A stretch of 25,975 nt of DNA, from positions 1 to 25,975 of IMG/VR virus record IMGVR_UViG_3300044769_000012, one strand, 5' to 3'. The notes below the pieces were generated by a model. It searched no databases. It saw only the letters and a program-made list of their open reading frames with translations, and had not been told where the DNA came from. Below are positions 1-9,088 of the stretch, piece by piece (position 1 is the stretch's first letter; each line of letters begins with the position of its first letter). The position numbers and the translations under genes were made by a program. Source of the DNA: a virus. Its lineage: Duplodnaviria > Caudoviricetes.

Positions 1-3000
1 CACCCACTGAAGTCGCTCCCCAGGGGTGCCACGCCGCCACGACCGCCACATGTACTCACTAAACTGTTCACTCCACTGGCCGTACATCCCAAGGATCCTA
101 CCAGCCTGATACCTTAATGGCCATGGGGCGTTACCCTTTCTGAATGGAAACTGTGTATGCTCAACAAAATAACGTGCCAACGTGCCCGCGACGTCTTCGA
201 TGGGTATGTCATCGCTTACGGCTTTCATTTCGATGTCTTTTGTCAATGCTTCCTGCAGTTTGCCCGCGCCGGAGTCTCTGTGGAAAACGTCGACATTATG
301 ATCCTGTCTAAACCTGGCGATGGCCGGGAGTGCCCGATCATAAACTGCCCGAAACGTTACGGCCCGACCGAAGTTATTGCCTGCCTGCGTGAACCACAAC
401 GTGCTCCTTAAGAAGTCCTCAGTGAACCATTCCCTCTCCATGGGACCACTGCCAGTACCTTGTTGCCCTGGGGTGAATGAACCCTCTGGGATCGGTGCTG
501 ACGCCTGAGGTACAAGGGCGCCATACTTCTCAGCCAAATCCCAGGTTGATTCATCCGCAATCATCCGAAGCCCGTGACCATACCAGCGCGCACCTAGATG
601 AGGATACGCCGACAGGAAGGACTGCGTCATGTCTCGAACCATCAACGCTGGCCGCATCCCCAAGGAACTGGAGTATTGGAATAGGACCAGCTTGTCGATC
701 CACTCCTCCGTGAGACCAAGCCGATCCATCATTGGCAACTTGATGATCGCCCTCCACCAGTTCCGGATAGCATCCATGCTATAGTCACGCCCACCGTACA
801 TGGTATTCATGTAGTTGGCGATCGGTGCACGTAGGCCCTTGGGTAGATCGGGGTCCTTAAATGCCTGTACAGCCTGGTCCCATGCCTTGCCCATGAAATG
901 TTCACGAGCGCCCAGCTGCATGTGAATCCAAAGGAGCTTGACCGCATCCGGCTCGGTTGCCGCCCGCTTGGCGTCCTCAATGGTACGGGCATGCTTGGCG
1001 AAGTAATCTGCCGTCTCATTCACCCCTGGTTCACTAAAAGGGCTGAAGTCAGACTTCTTCCCTGCGCGTTGAGCATACACCGCACGCATGACACGCGGCA
1101 TGTAATCCTCAACGTATGGGGCGGCATCACCGATACCGAACTCCCTGAAGGTCTCATCAAAATAGTTGCGGATCTCAGCAGACCATCGAAGTTCCTGGTC
1201 TGACATATGATTACGTAAGGCTACCTCTGACTTGGCCTCGGCACCCTTAGCCTCAAGATAATCACGTAGTACCACGCGCCGCTCAACAGGAATCTTCCAG
1301 AGGTGCTTGATCTTTTTCGCCGCGGTGTCTAACCAACGATCATGAGGAATACGGGCTGAGTCCAATGGTAGATAGATGTTGGAAAAGACTGGATGTCCAA
1401 GATCACGTTCGATCTGATTGAACCAATCTCGCGATGCTCTCCAAAATGCGGTCAATCCTGAAGAACCGAAGGACTCCTTTGCCTCCTCACGAGTTACTTC
1501 CGCCTTAAAGGGCTTGCCAGCCAATACGTCCCGTCGAGTATACTTGCTGACAGCCTCATAGACATCGTCCTCAGTGACAGGACCAAGCTGGTCCGCCTCA
1601 GGGTTATAGCGAGGCGGGCCGGATACCCATGGAAGATTATTAAAGAAATCCTTGCCACCGAGCTCCTTAGCCTCACGTTCAAGATTACCCATGAGGTCTG
1701 GGGCCTGGGTGAAGTCAGACTTCTGGTCATATAGGAACAATAGATCTCGAAAACTTTCAAAGCTCTCAACGCGATCGCCATGATCAAGAGACCACTCACC
1801 GTTCTCATTGACAAAGATTGAGGCGCCACCGCCAAGAATCGTGTCAGCCCACGTTACCGCACTTATCGCCGGATTAAGGCGCTGGTTCACGATATGCATG
1901 TATCGGTCCATGCGACGCGCCCAGTAATCATTGTTACCCCTGATCACATCGTATGTATGCTCAGCAAGATTGTGCGCTAAGTCAAGGACATGTTCAAGTG
2001 AGGTATCGATCTGAACAAGGCGCTGCATCTCCTCCTTAGCCTGTGGCTCCCAAATGTTTTTGACGCTGCTCATCAACCGGACAAAGACCTCTTCACGGGC
2101 GACGCCAGGGTTTTTATAAGACCCATAAAACTCAGACATCAATGCCTTAGCCATCTTACTAAGGGTGTCGGACGTCGGCTCACCGGTTCTTAAACCAAGG
2201 TCACCGTAAAGATCAAACAGCATAATACGGTCCTTCATCTTCTCGACCCGTTTTACCAGATGGTGGCCAATCTCATGATTCATGATCGAGATACCTTGGC
2301 CCTTACCCGCTCCAATGAGGGTGTCGCCCTCATTAATGAGCATGACGCCCTCAATGTCTGCAAGAAGATCTGGTTCTCCAAATCTGACCATCTGAACAGG
2401 ACCAGTAGGGGTCTGTGCTGTACGGCCTGGTAACTCAGCTAAACGCCGTCGGATGCGTTCACGCCTGGTTACTCGTTCTTCTCCTGGATTGACCGCAAAT
2501 TCCTCCGCATCAAGTTCATCGGATAATGCCTGTACCTCCTCCTCTGCTAAAAGCCGCGGGTCAAAACCCTCAGATTCAAGGGCCAGCATGAGCTGTACCT
2601 TAGGAGACAGGTTGTTTACTGATTGACGCCGCCCAATCATCTTCTCAAGAAGCTGATCAGCCTGACCACCAAGTTGTCCAGATCGTTGCGCTGCCTCAAC
2701 TCGTTGATCAGGGGTAAGGTTCAGGTCAGTCGCCACCATCGGGGCGCCCTGCGTGGGCTGCTCTTGAGTGGTCATGGGCAGCGGCATCTGACGTGGTCCT
2801 GGAGGGCCCTCAGGCCCGTATTGAATCGGTGGTGTGAAGGTCTCCTCGCGCATGGCACCGAGCTTATATTGCTCAGCCCAATCAGGATGACGCTGCTTGA
2901 TAAGTTCTTCCATCTCCATGAGTGACGCCTGCGCCGCGGAAATCATCATCCCATCTTTGATGGTGCCAGAGTCAACGTCTCTCCTTAGGGCCTCGTATGC

Positions 3001-4689
3001 AAGGATAAGCTGGGGTCGATCTTCCGTGCCCTTAAGGTAGTTCTCATAGTCAGGACTCCAACCGGCACGAAACGGGGCCTTAGGCTCTTCGGCCGGCGCC
3101 TCCTCGGTTGGCATGACAAATTCTTGTTCGGTAAACTTACCGCCCTGCTCAAGCACATTCGTGAGTCCCTCTTCTTGAGTCGCCGGCTGTTGATATTTAA
3201 GCTCTCGACCCTCTTGTGCTGTCTTTTGGTCTGGGTACACGACGAGAGTATCTCCGTCAGCCACGGCGGAAATGCCGAGGTCAGCAAGTGTCGCAGCAGC
3301 ATGGGCAGCCTCCTCAGGGGTAGTCATTACCGTCTCAGTGGTCTCAGACGGGGTCGCATAGACCGACAGGAGATTATAGTACTCCTGCACGTCAAGTGCA
3401 GAACCAGCAACATCAGTGATGGGCTTGCCAGCCTTCATCACTTCTTGAATGAACTTAGCCTTGATCTCAGGTTCCCATTCCCTGTTCATTCCAGCGGTAG
3501 TACCGTCCTCAAACGTCACGGTGGGCCCAACCAATTGAGATGTCTCAAGGTCCCGACCTGAAAACACCGTGGCAGACTCAGGCACCGCATTCAGATACTT
3601 CATCTCATCTTGAGCAATTTGAACACGAGTCTGATTTGCGGGACTTGTTGGATTTGGGCTGTTCTCAATCTCAGTGATCGCAGGTGGCTGCGGCCTAGAA
3701 TTTGGCTTATCATACTTCGAGGTACGCATGTGACCAATCTTCCTAGCCATTGCGTTCATGGCGAATCCAAGGATGCCGCCGACCTCACCAGATTTGGTGA
3801 CCCCCTCCATAAGGTCTCGTTGAGAGTCATAGAGCATCTTGGCTGTCACATTGGACCCGAACTGTTGCAGCACCTCCTGTGTGCCCTCCTCGAGAATGCC
3901 AGCAATTCCGGCAGCCAGTGTCGTGTGTGCGTACTTCTTTAGAATCTTCTCCATGGCCAATGGACCAAGCTTGCCCGCGATCCTTTCGTATGCACCAAGG
4001 ATCGGGGCAGCCTCCGTCGCGCCCAGAAGACCATTAGATACCAAGGACCCAAGAGCCGCGGGGAATGGGGCACCTGCCTCTTCAGCTTCTTTGAATCCCT
4101 GTCCTGCCGCGATTGCAGCGCCTAAGGTCAATGCGCCTGATGGTCCGGCCAAGAGGTTAAAGGCAAGGGAACCGGCACCGCGCGGCAAGTCCCCCGCCCA
4201 AAAGCTCTTGGTCATTTCGGTGTTCACCGGGTATAGTGCATTGACCGTCTCTTCTATCTGTTTGGCGAGCTCAGGGCTATCAGCCTTGAGTGTGTCTGCA
4301 ACGTTCCGGCCCTCATAGCCCGCCTGTTGCAGCGCCCCAGGTAAATTCTGTGCACCTGATAGGATCTTACCAGGAAGATCCACAAAGGTGGAGGCGATGC
4401 CTGACAACGCCTGCCCAAAAGAGCCACGGATCACCTCCGATGTAAGGTGCGACGCCAACGAGATGTCGTCTCGCTCAGGTTTTAGAGCGTCGTAAAAGCC
4501 AGACCACCAAGACTTTGCGCTCTCAGCCTGATTGGCGGCATGCTGCTTCTCGAGAATGTCACGTGGGATATCAAGTGAGGTATCACGAGATGAAGGTGTA
4601 GGTTTTAAGGCGGCCTCAGTCTCCCAAGATTCATAGATCTGATCAATCTCAGGGATCCCAGTCCGCCCAATCGGTGGTACGGTGCCCAT
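1..4689 (-). CDS. Giant internal virion / DNA-ejection (polyvalent-type) protein, 3'-truncated by the window edge (>1563 aa), with a zincin-like HExxH motif
   Basis: ATG at 4689, just after the stop of the upstream gene (4693). Segments I translated by hand are open (MGTVPPIGRTGIPEIDQIYESWE...; NHEIGHH at about 2260-2280; REEVFVR at about 2077-2097; TQFPFRKGNAPWPLRYQAGRILGMYGQW near 75-160). The ORF track has no stop-terminated ORF in this frame. It is the last and largest of the ejection-type genes. Confidence 0.85.
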   Translation of the reverse strand, partial: MGTVPPIGRTGIPEIDQIYESWETEAALKPTPSSRDTSLDIPRDILEKQHAANQAESAKSWWSGFYDALKPERDDISLASHLTSEVIRGSFGQALSGIASTFVDLPGKILSGAQNLPGALQQAGYEGRNVADTLKADSPELAKQIEETVNALYPVNTEMTKSFWAGDLPRGAGSLAFNLLAGPSGALTLGAAIAAGQGFKEAEEAGAPFPAALGSLVSNGLLGATEAAPILGAYERIAGKLGPLAMEKILKKYAHTTLAAGIAGILEEGTQEVLQQFGSNVTAKMLYDSQRDLMEGVTKSGEVGGILGFAMNAMARKIGHMRTSKYDKPNSRPQPPAITEIENSPNPTSPANQTRVQIAQDEMKYLNAVPESATVFSGRDLETSQLVGPTVTFEDGTTAGMNREWEPEIKAKFIQEVMKAGKPITDVAGSALDVQEYYNLLSVYATPSETTETVMTTPEEAAHAAATLADLGISAVADGDTLVVYPDQKTAQEGRELKYQQPATQEEGLTNVLEQGGKFTEQEFVMPTEEAPAEEPKAPFRAGWSPDYENYLKGTEDRPQLILAYEALRRDVDSGTIKDGMMISAAQASLMEMEELIKQRHPDWAEQYKLGAMREETFTPPIQYGPEGPPGPRQMPLPMTTQEQPTQGAPMVATDLNLTPDQRVEAAQRSGQLGGQADQLLEKMIGRRQSVNNLSPKVQLMLALESEGFDPRLLAEEEVQALSDELDAEEFAVNPGEERVTRRERIRRRLAELPGRTAQTPTGPVQMVRFGEPDLLADIEGVMLINEGDTLIGAGKGQGISIMNHEIGHHLVKRVEKMKDRIMLFDLYGDLGLRTGEPTSDTLSKMAKALMSEFYGSYKNPGVAREEVFVRLMSSVKNIWEPQAKEEMQRLVQIDTSLEHVLDLAHNLAEHTYDVIRGNNDYWARRMDRYMHIVNQRLNPAISAVTWADTILGGGASIFVNENGEWSLDHGDRVESFESFRDLLFLYDQKSDFTQAPDLMGNLEREAKELGGKDFFNNLPWVSGPPRYNPEADQLGPVTEDDVYEAVSKYTRRDVLAGKPFKAEVTREEAKESFGSSGLTAFWRASRDWFNQIERDLGHPVFSNIYLPLDSARIPHDRWLDTAAKKIKHLWKIPVERRVVLRDYLEAKGAEAKSEVALRNHMSDQELRWSAEIRNYFDETFREFGIGDAAPYVEDYMPRVMRAVYAQRAGKKSDFSPFSEPGVNETADYFAKHARTIEDAKRAATEPDAVKLLWIHMQLGAREHFMGKAWDQAVQAFKDPDLPKGLRAPIANYMNTMYGGRDYSMDAIRNWWRAIIKLPMMDRLGLTEEWIDKLVLFQYSSSLGMRPALMVRDMTQSFLSAYPHLGARWYGHGLRMIADESTWDLAEKYGALVPQASAPIPEGSFTPGQQGTGSGPMEREWFTEDFLRSTLWFTQAGNNFGRAVTFRAVYDRALPAIARFRQDHNVDVFHRDSGAGKLQEALTKDIEMKAVSDDIPIEDVAGTLARYFVEHTQFPFRKGNAPWPLRYQAGRILGMYGQWSEQFSEYMWRSWRRGTPGERLQWV

Positions 4690-4692
4690 AAG

Positions 4693-6288
4693 TTACCTCT
4701 GTCTTGGTAATCCGGCAGGCGGCACGCCAGCTGGTGGTACACCTATTGGTTCACCTGGTGCAGGCGGCAAGACACGCCATTGGTTATAGTCCTTCAACCA
4801 ATTGATGAATCCTGGGTCTTCTCTTGATTTGAAACCAAGTTGTTGCGCTAGGGTTTGTAGGATCACGCCTCGATCTTGGATGCTGAGCTGAGTACTCTTC
4901 ATCAATGTGACCATGGCATCAACATTCTTTACATCCATCTTTGACGACCTGATACGTTCCATGCTCTCCTCAATCATCTGAGCATCACGTGCAAGGGCCA
5001 TCGGCAAGGATACCATGTTACCCTTACCATCAGGAACCTTAACGTTACTTGGAGTTGATAGTAACTGCTGCAGTTGACCACGTTGAAGGTTGGCATACTG
5101 CGCGTTGATCTTCTTAAACTCAAGGTTCACCGCCGCATTACTAGCCAGATAGTTCAACGGAAGTTGCTTGGTCACCATCTGCCCAGTCTCAGGATCTCTA
5201 AATGTGACATCCTTACCTGGTAGCATCTCAACAGGGATATCTTTACCCTGTGCAGCCATCCCCGCAAGGAGTGACATGTGCCCAGGAGAATCTACAAGAT
5301 TCGGGAACGCCTCCTTAAGAATCGGCAAGATAGACTTCTGCAACTCACGCTGTTCTGGGGACATCGCGTTCTGGAATGCTTCAACCGTCCCCTTGGCGGG
5401 TTCTTTTCGAGTCATCAAAGATAATGACATGTCCTGGGCGGCCTGTGCCGGCAAGGTACCACCGTAATCCCTGAACAATTGCTGGGCATTATCACCCACC
5501 GACTTCTGAAATGCAACCTGCTGTTTCATGGACTCTTGAGCCAGGTCATACTGACCTTTCAATCCTGCAGTAGCCAGTTGTGCAACGCCAGTAGCACCAA
5601 TCTCCTCCATTCGGCCCTGATGCTGCGGGTCAGCGGCGAGAATGCGAGCCATCCGAGGGTCCATCCCAGGGGCCATGGGAGATTGGCCAGGAGGAGCCAT
5701 CATGGGAGGTTGCCCGGGAGCCATACCTCCAGGTCCAGGTGCTCCAGGTCCAGGCATTGCCTCTGCCGGGATGCCGCCCTCTGCGTACATCCCTTGATCT
5801 ATTTGAGGTGTTGGCTGTGACTGTGCCATCTCAGCTTGAGCCTGCGGAACGATCCGTGCGATGGTTGACTGGTTCTGTGGGTCTTTGAGGATCGCCTTCC
5901 GTAAGTTCTGTTGAATGCGCTCAACACTCTGCGGCCCGTAATCTCCCTCTGCAGTTTGCGGAAGGGTGATGCCAAGAACCTTCTCAACAGCCTTACGCTT
6001 TTTAGAATCAGAAAGCAGATCACCAAGATCATAACCAAGCTTACTAAGGGTGAAGACACTTTCTGCCTCCTTTACCTCATTCTGGTAATCATTGGCCTTT
6101 TTACCGATCCAAGCATTGAAGACACCACCGATCATGTCCGCTGCGTTACGTGCACCGGTTTGAGGCTCATAACCCGTGGCCTGCGACGTGTAAGGCATGT
6201 ACGGATAACCGGCCACACTCTTCATCGCCTGCATCCCTTGGGCCGCCCTGATTTGTGCGGAGAAAGGATCATCCTGTCCGTAAGGCAT
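4693..6288 (-). CDS. Putative internal virion / DNA-transfer protein (531 aa)
   Basis: Long ORF with SD GGAGGT, Gln/Ala/Met-rich helical composition and a Pro-Gly-Met low-complexity linker. Lies between the small and giant ejection-type genes. Confidence 0.65.
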   Translation of the reverse strand: MPYGQDDPFSAQIRAAQGMQAMKSVAGYPYMPYTSQATGYEPQTGARNAADMIGGVFNAWIGKKANDYQNEVKEAESVFTLSKLGYDLGDLLSDSKKRKAVEKVLGITLPQTAEGDYGPQSVERIQQNLRKAILKDPQNQSTIARIVPQAQAEMAQSQPTPQIDQGMYAEGGIPAEAMPGPGAPGPGGMAPGQPPMMAPPGQSPMAPGMDPRMARILAADPQHQGRMEEIGATGVAQLATAGLKGQYDLAQESMKQQVAFQKSVGDNAQQLFRDYGGTLPAQAAQDMSLSLMTRKEPAKGTVEAFQNAMSPEQRELQKSILPILKEAFPNLVDSPGHMSLLAGMAAQGKDIPVEMLPGKDVTFRDPETGQMVTKQLPLNYLASNAAVNLEFKKINAQYANLQRGQLQQLLSTPSNVKVPDGKGNMVSLPMALARDAQMIEESMERIRSSKMDVKNVDAMVTLMKSTQLSIQDRGVILQTLAQQLGFKSREDPGFINWLKDYNQWRVLPPAPGEPIGVPPAGVPPAGLPRQR

Positions 6289-6300
6289 TAGCGTGACCTC

Positions 6301-7569
6301 CTAGTACGTCGGCTGAGCAAGCAGCCATGGCGGAATCTGACCCTGTGGCAATGTGGCCGGGTTGCCACCCGGTGTGCCCCAGCCAGGGGTACTCCAACCA
6401 CCACCACCCGCGGTATTTGCGTTCCCACCACCCTGGAACCATGGGCTTGAGAACAAAAGTCCCATCCCTGTTTGAGCTACACCAGCCCATGGGGAAGGAC
6501 CTTGAGGATACTGCTGCATCTGGCCTGGGAACTGTGTAGCCGCGGCCCCGATATATTGATTCCATGGGTTGGCGTATGGCTGCTGACGAATGAATTCGGT
6601 ATATGCACGGTTGAGTGTATCCTGGTCATAGTTCTGACCGACCGCTCCCAGACCCATGGAGGCATTGAAGCCAGGGATACCCATATTCGCGATCTCTGCA
6701 CCAGTCCTCGCTTTCGAGATGTCTAGCCCCCATCCCTGTAACATGAGCTGAGCGCGTGCTTGGTCACGTGCCTCTTGTTGAGATTGAATCTGTGCAGCGT
6801 TGATTGCACCAGTCATCCCAAGGTTCATCCCCTCTAAACCCTGGCGACCAAGCTCGGTTGCGGCTCCGAGCCTTCTGCCAGCAGCGTTCTCACCGGCACC
6901 ATAGACCATCTGGGCGATGAGAGCATTCTGGTCCTTGGCCGTTTGCGCCTGATAATCTGTCATGGCCGTGTTGTAGCTTGATCCGAACCGACCTCCTGGA
7001 CCCGCGGTGCGTTCGGCCAGTTGTGCCCCGCGCTGTTGGATGCCTCGTTCTTGGGATCCAATCATGCCCTGCCACGCGTCAGTGGAGTTTACTGGGATAC
7101 CTGTACGGGCGATCTCCTCCAAGTATCCGGTTCCTCCCCTACCGAATTGCAGTCCAGCCTCCATCGAGGCACGCGGGATATTGGACAAGTAGTTCTGAAA
7201 TGCTGAAGAACCACCCTCAGGCAGCATCTCACGAACAAACTGACCGGCGCCAACCTGCGGCGGCTGCATGAAGCGTTGGGCTAGTGCTGCCTGCTCTCCA
7301 CCTAAACCTTGGAACGGAGCGGCGTTGTTCGCCGCCTGACCAAAGAACGGGTTGAACGGCGCCGATAGTTGGCCACCGTATCCAGGGACCCCTTGGCCGA
7401 CCTGACCACCAAGGAAATTGGTCCATGAGTTGTAGAGTTCCTGATTTGCCGGACGGAGTTGTTGACCCTGTTGGTCCTGTCGCCCTCGATTAGAGAGGGC
7501 AGAAGAAGCAACCGAGCCACCAGCCCCGATACCTGCCGCAATCAGCGCCGCAGTAGTTGTGCCAATCAT
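6301..7569 (-). CDS. Putative DNA-transfer / pilot ejection protein (422 aa)
   Basis: N-terminus MIGTTTAALIAAGIGAGGSVASSALS and Gly/Gln/Ala-rich body are typical of the first podovirus ejection protein. TAATG coupling to the GNAT gene. Confidence 0.7.
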   Translation of the reverse strand: MIGTTTAALIAAGIGAGGSVASSALSNRGRQDQQGQQLRPANQELYNSWTNFLGGQVGQGVPGYGGQLSAPFNPFFGQAANNAAPFQGLGGEQAALAQRFMQPPQVGAGQFVREMLPEGGSSAFQNYLSNIPRASMEAGLQFGRGGTGYLEEIARTGIPVNSTDAWQGMIGSQERGIQQRGAQLAERTAGPGGRFGSSYNTAMTDYQAQTAKDQNALIAQMVYGAGENAAGRRLGAATELGRQGLEGMNLGMTGAINAAQIQSQQEARDQARAQLMLQGWGLDISKARTGAEIANMGIPGFNASMGLGAVGQNYDQDTLNRAYTEFIRQQPYANPWNQYIGAAATQFPGQMQQYPQGPSPWAGVAQTGMGLLFSSPWFQGGGNANTAGGGGWSTPGWGTPGGNPATLPQGQIPPWLLAQPTY

Positions 7570-8030
7570 TAGAGCTCCTTACTGAAGTTCACCTCGAGTA
7601 AGTGGAATCCCTTATCACCGTAGAACTTCTCCATCTTGGGAAAGTCTTTGTTCATTAACGCGGCCATGATCAGACGCGTGCAGAACATTGACCTGGCCCA
7701 TTGTTCCAACTGATGGATCAATTGGGCTCCGACACCCTTCTCTCTGTATTCCAAGTCAACATACCAGAAGGTTTCAAGCGCGGTCCCCTTACCGGTGTTA
7801 ACATCCCGATAAGTAAGACCACCAATTGCGCCAACAATCTGCTCATTCTCAGTTAAGACAAAGATCACACCATTTCCTGACTTCATAAACCCAGTCCAAG
7901 ATAAGATAAAGATCTCATCACTGAACTCTCCGCCGATATTGGCCTCTTCAAAGAACTTGTGGGCCATATCTAAGATCAGCGGCAACTCGGCGGTTTGCAA
8001 TTGCCTGATGGTGCGCACAGCTGCTTCCAT
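7569..8030 (-). CDS. GNAT-family N-acetyltransferase (153 aa)
   Basis: Acetyl-CoA-binding motif WYVDLEYREKGVGAQLI and C-terminal KFYGDKGF. Start moved to ATG 8030 (SD AGGAGAG). Confidence 0.88.
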   Translation of the reverse strand: MEAAVRTIRQLQTAELPLILDMAHKFFEEANIGGEFSDEIFILSWTGFMKSGNGVIFVLTENEQIVGAIGGLTYRDVNTGKGTALETFWYVDLEYREKGVGAQLIHQLEQWARSMFCTRLIMAALMNKDFPKMEKFYGDKGFHLLEVNFSKEL

Positions 8031-8040
8031 AAACTCTCCT

Positions 8041-8712
8041 TTACTTGACAGGTGTGCTGCGTTGGACAAGTTGTGCTACTGGGATGTCCCAATCCTGCAA
8101 CTCAATGTAGCTCTTAAGGTTACGGAACCTTAAGGCTGTCATAGGTACTATGACCTTCTCCATGACATGACGTGCTGCATCATAATCGAGTTGCTCATTA
8201 TGACCGCGCCATACGGCCTCCCATTCCATGACCTCAATCCATTCAGGTGGGATCATCACTGTCGTGTTCTCTAGACTTGCCACATCTGGATAAACCCATG
8301 CATAGATGTTTAACCTGTATGTAGATCGATCTGGGATTGGGTCTGCAAAGATCTTGTCATTCCATCTGGCATAGCGATATGGTGCTGATGCCACATTAAA
8401 GTTCGCCTTGATCACCTCCCTAAATGAGGTCTTCTTCAAACGTCTTGTTAACGGTGTCCCGTTAGAATTCGTAATACTGGTATCTTCCAAAGTCATTGAT
8501 AGTACGGCGCGCACCCCATCAGGTAACGGATACTCGCGTTGACCAACCACGGTAAAACGATTAAAGTACCGCTGAAACTCCACGAATGGATACCTTGATG
8601 CAATGTCCACGTAGGCTTGACAGAGCCAGGTGACTGCTGAGGTATCAATATCAGTGTCGGAGCGGTTCATCCGCTTTACAACGTTAGATACGCTGTCTTG
8701 AATGATAGCCAT
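8041..8712 (-). CDS. Putative head-to-tail adaptor (tail tubular protein A-like, 223 aa)
   Basis: Adaptor-like pattern: N-terminal helices, TVVGQREYPLP, PYRYA...IFADPIPDRSTY, IPPEWIEVM. Size and context fit. Confidence 0.7.
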   Translation of the reverse strand: MAIIQDSVSNVVKRMNRSDTDIDTSAVTWLCQAYVDIASRYPFVEFQRYFNRFTVVGQREYPLPDGVRAVLSMTLEDTSITNSNGTPLTRRLKKTSFREVIKANFNVASAPYRYARWNDKIFADPIPDRSTYRLNIYAWVYPDVASLENTTVMIPPEWIEVMEWEAVWRGHNEQLDYDAARHVMEKVIVPMTALRFRNLKSYIELQDWDIPVAQLVQRSTPVK

Positions 8713-8713
8713 A

Positions 8714-9088
8714 TTAGATCACAAAGATTCTTATGGTCGTTGACGCGGTACTACACTTAAGTGTGAGGTCTTGGGCTGTTGCTGCCACCGTTCCAAGGTA
8801 AATAACTCCCGCCTTATCCGTACGTATCGTGATAAAACCCACAGGAATTCTACCAAGAGAGTGAGTAACAGTAAAATCAGTATCGGGAGCAACAGGCGTG
8901 ATAACATTGATCCATCTCCCCTGCATATTGTCCAAAGCAGTACCATTACCGAAACTAATTTGACCATTGAGAATGTTCGCAAGACGCTCAACATACTTCT
9001 TTGTCGCCTGACGGAAGCGGTCAATGAGGCTTGTGTAATCCTGAGGGTCGCCTGAATTTGAGACATCTAATTGCTCCGGTGCTCTCAT
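8714..9088 (-). CDS. Small tail-associated structural protein (124 aa)
   Basis: ATGA overlap with the nozzle stop (9085-9088). Sequence MRAPEQ...LNGQISFGNG...VTHSLGRIPVGF resembles the small protein that often follows podovirus nozzle genes. Confidence 0.65.
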   Translation of the reverse strand: MRAPEQLDVSNSGDPQDYTSLIDRFRQATKKYVERLANILNGQISFGNGTALDNMQGRWINVITPVAPDTDFTVTHSLGRIPVGFITIRTDKAGVIYLGTVAATAQDLTLKCSTASTTIRIFVI

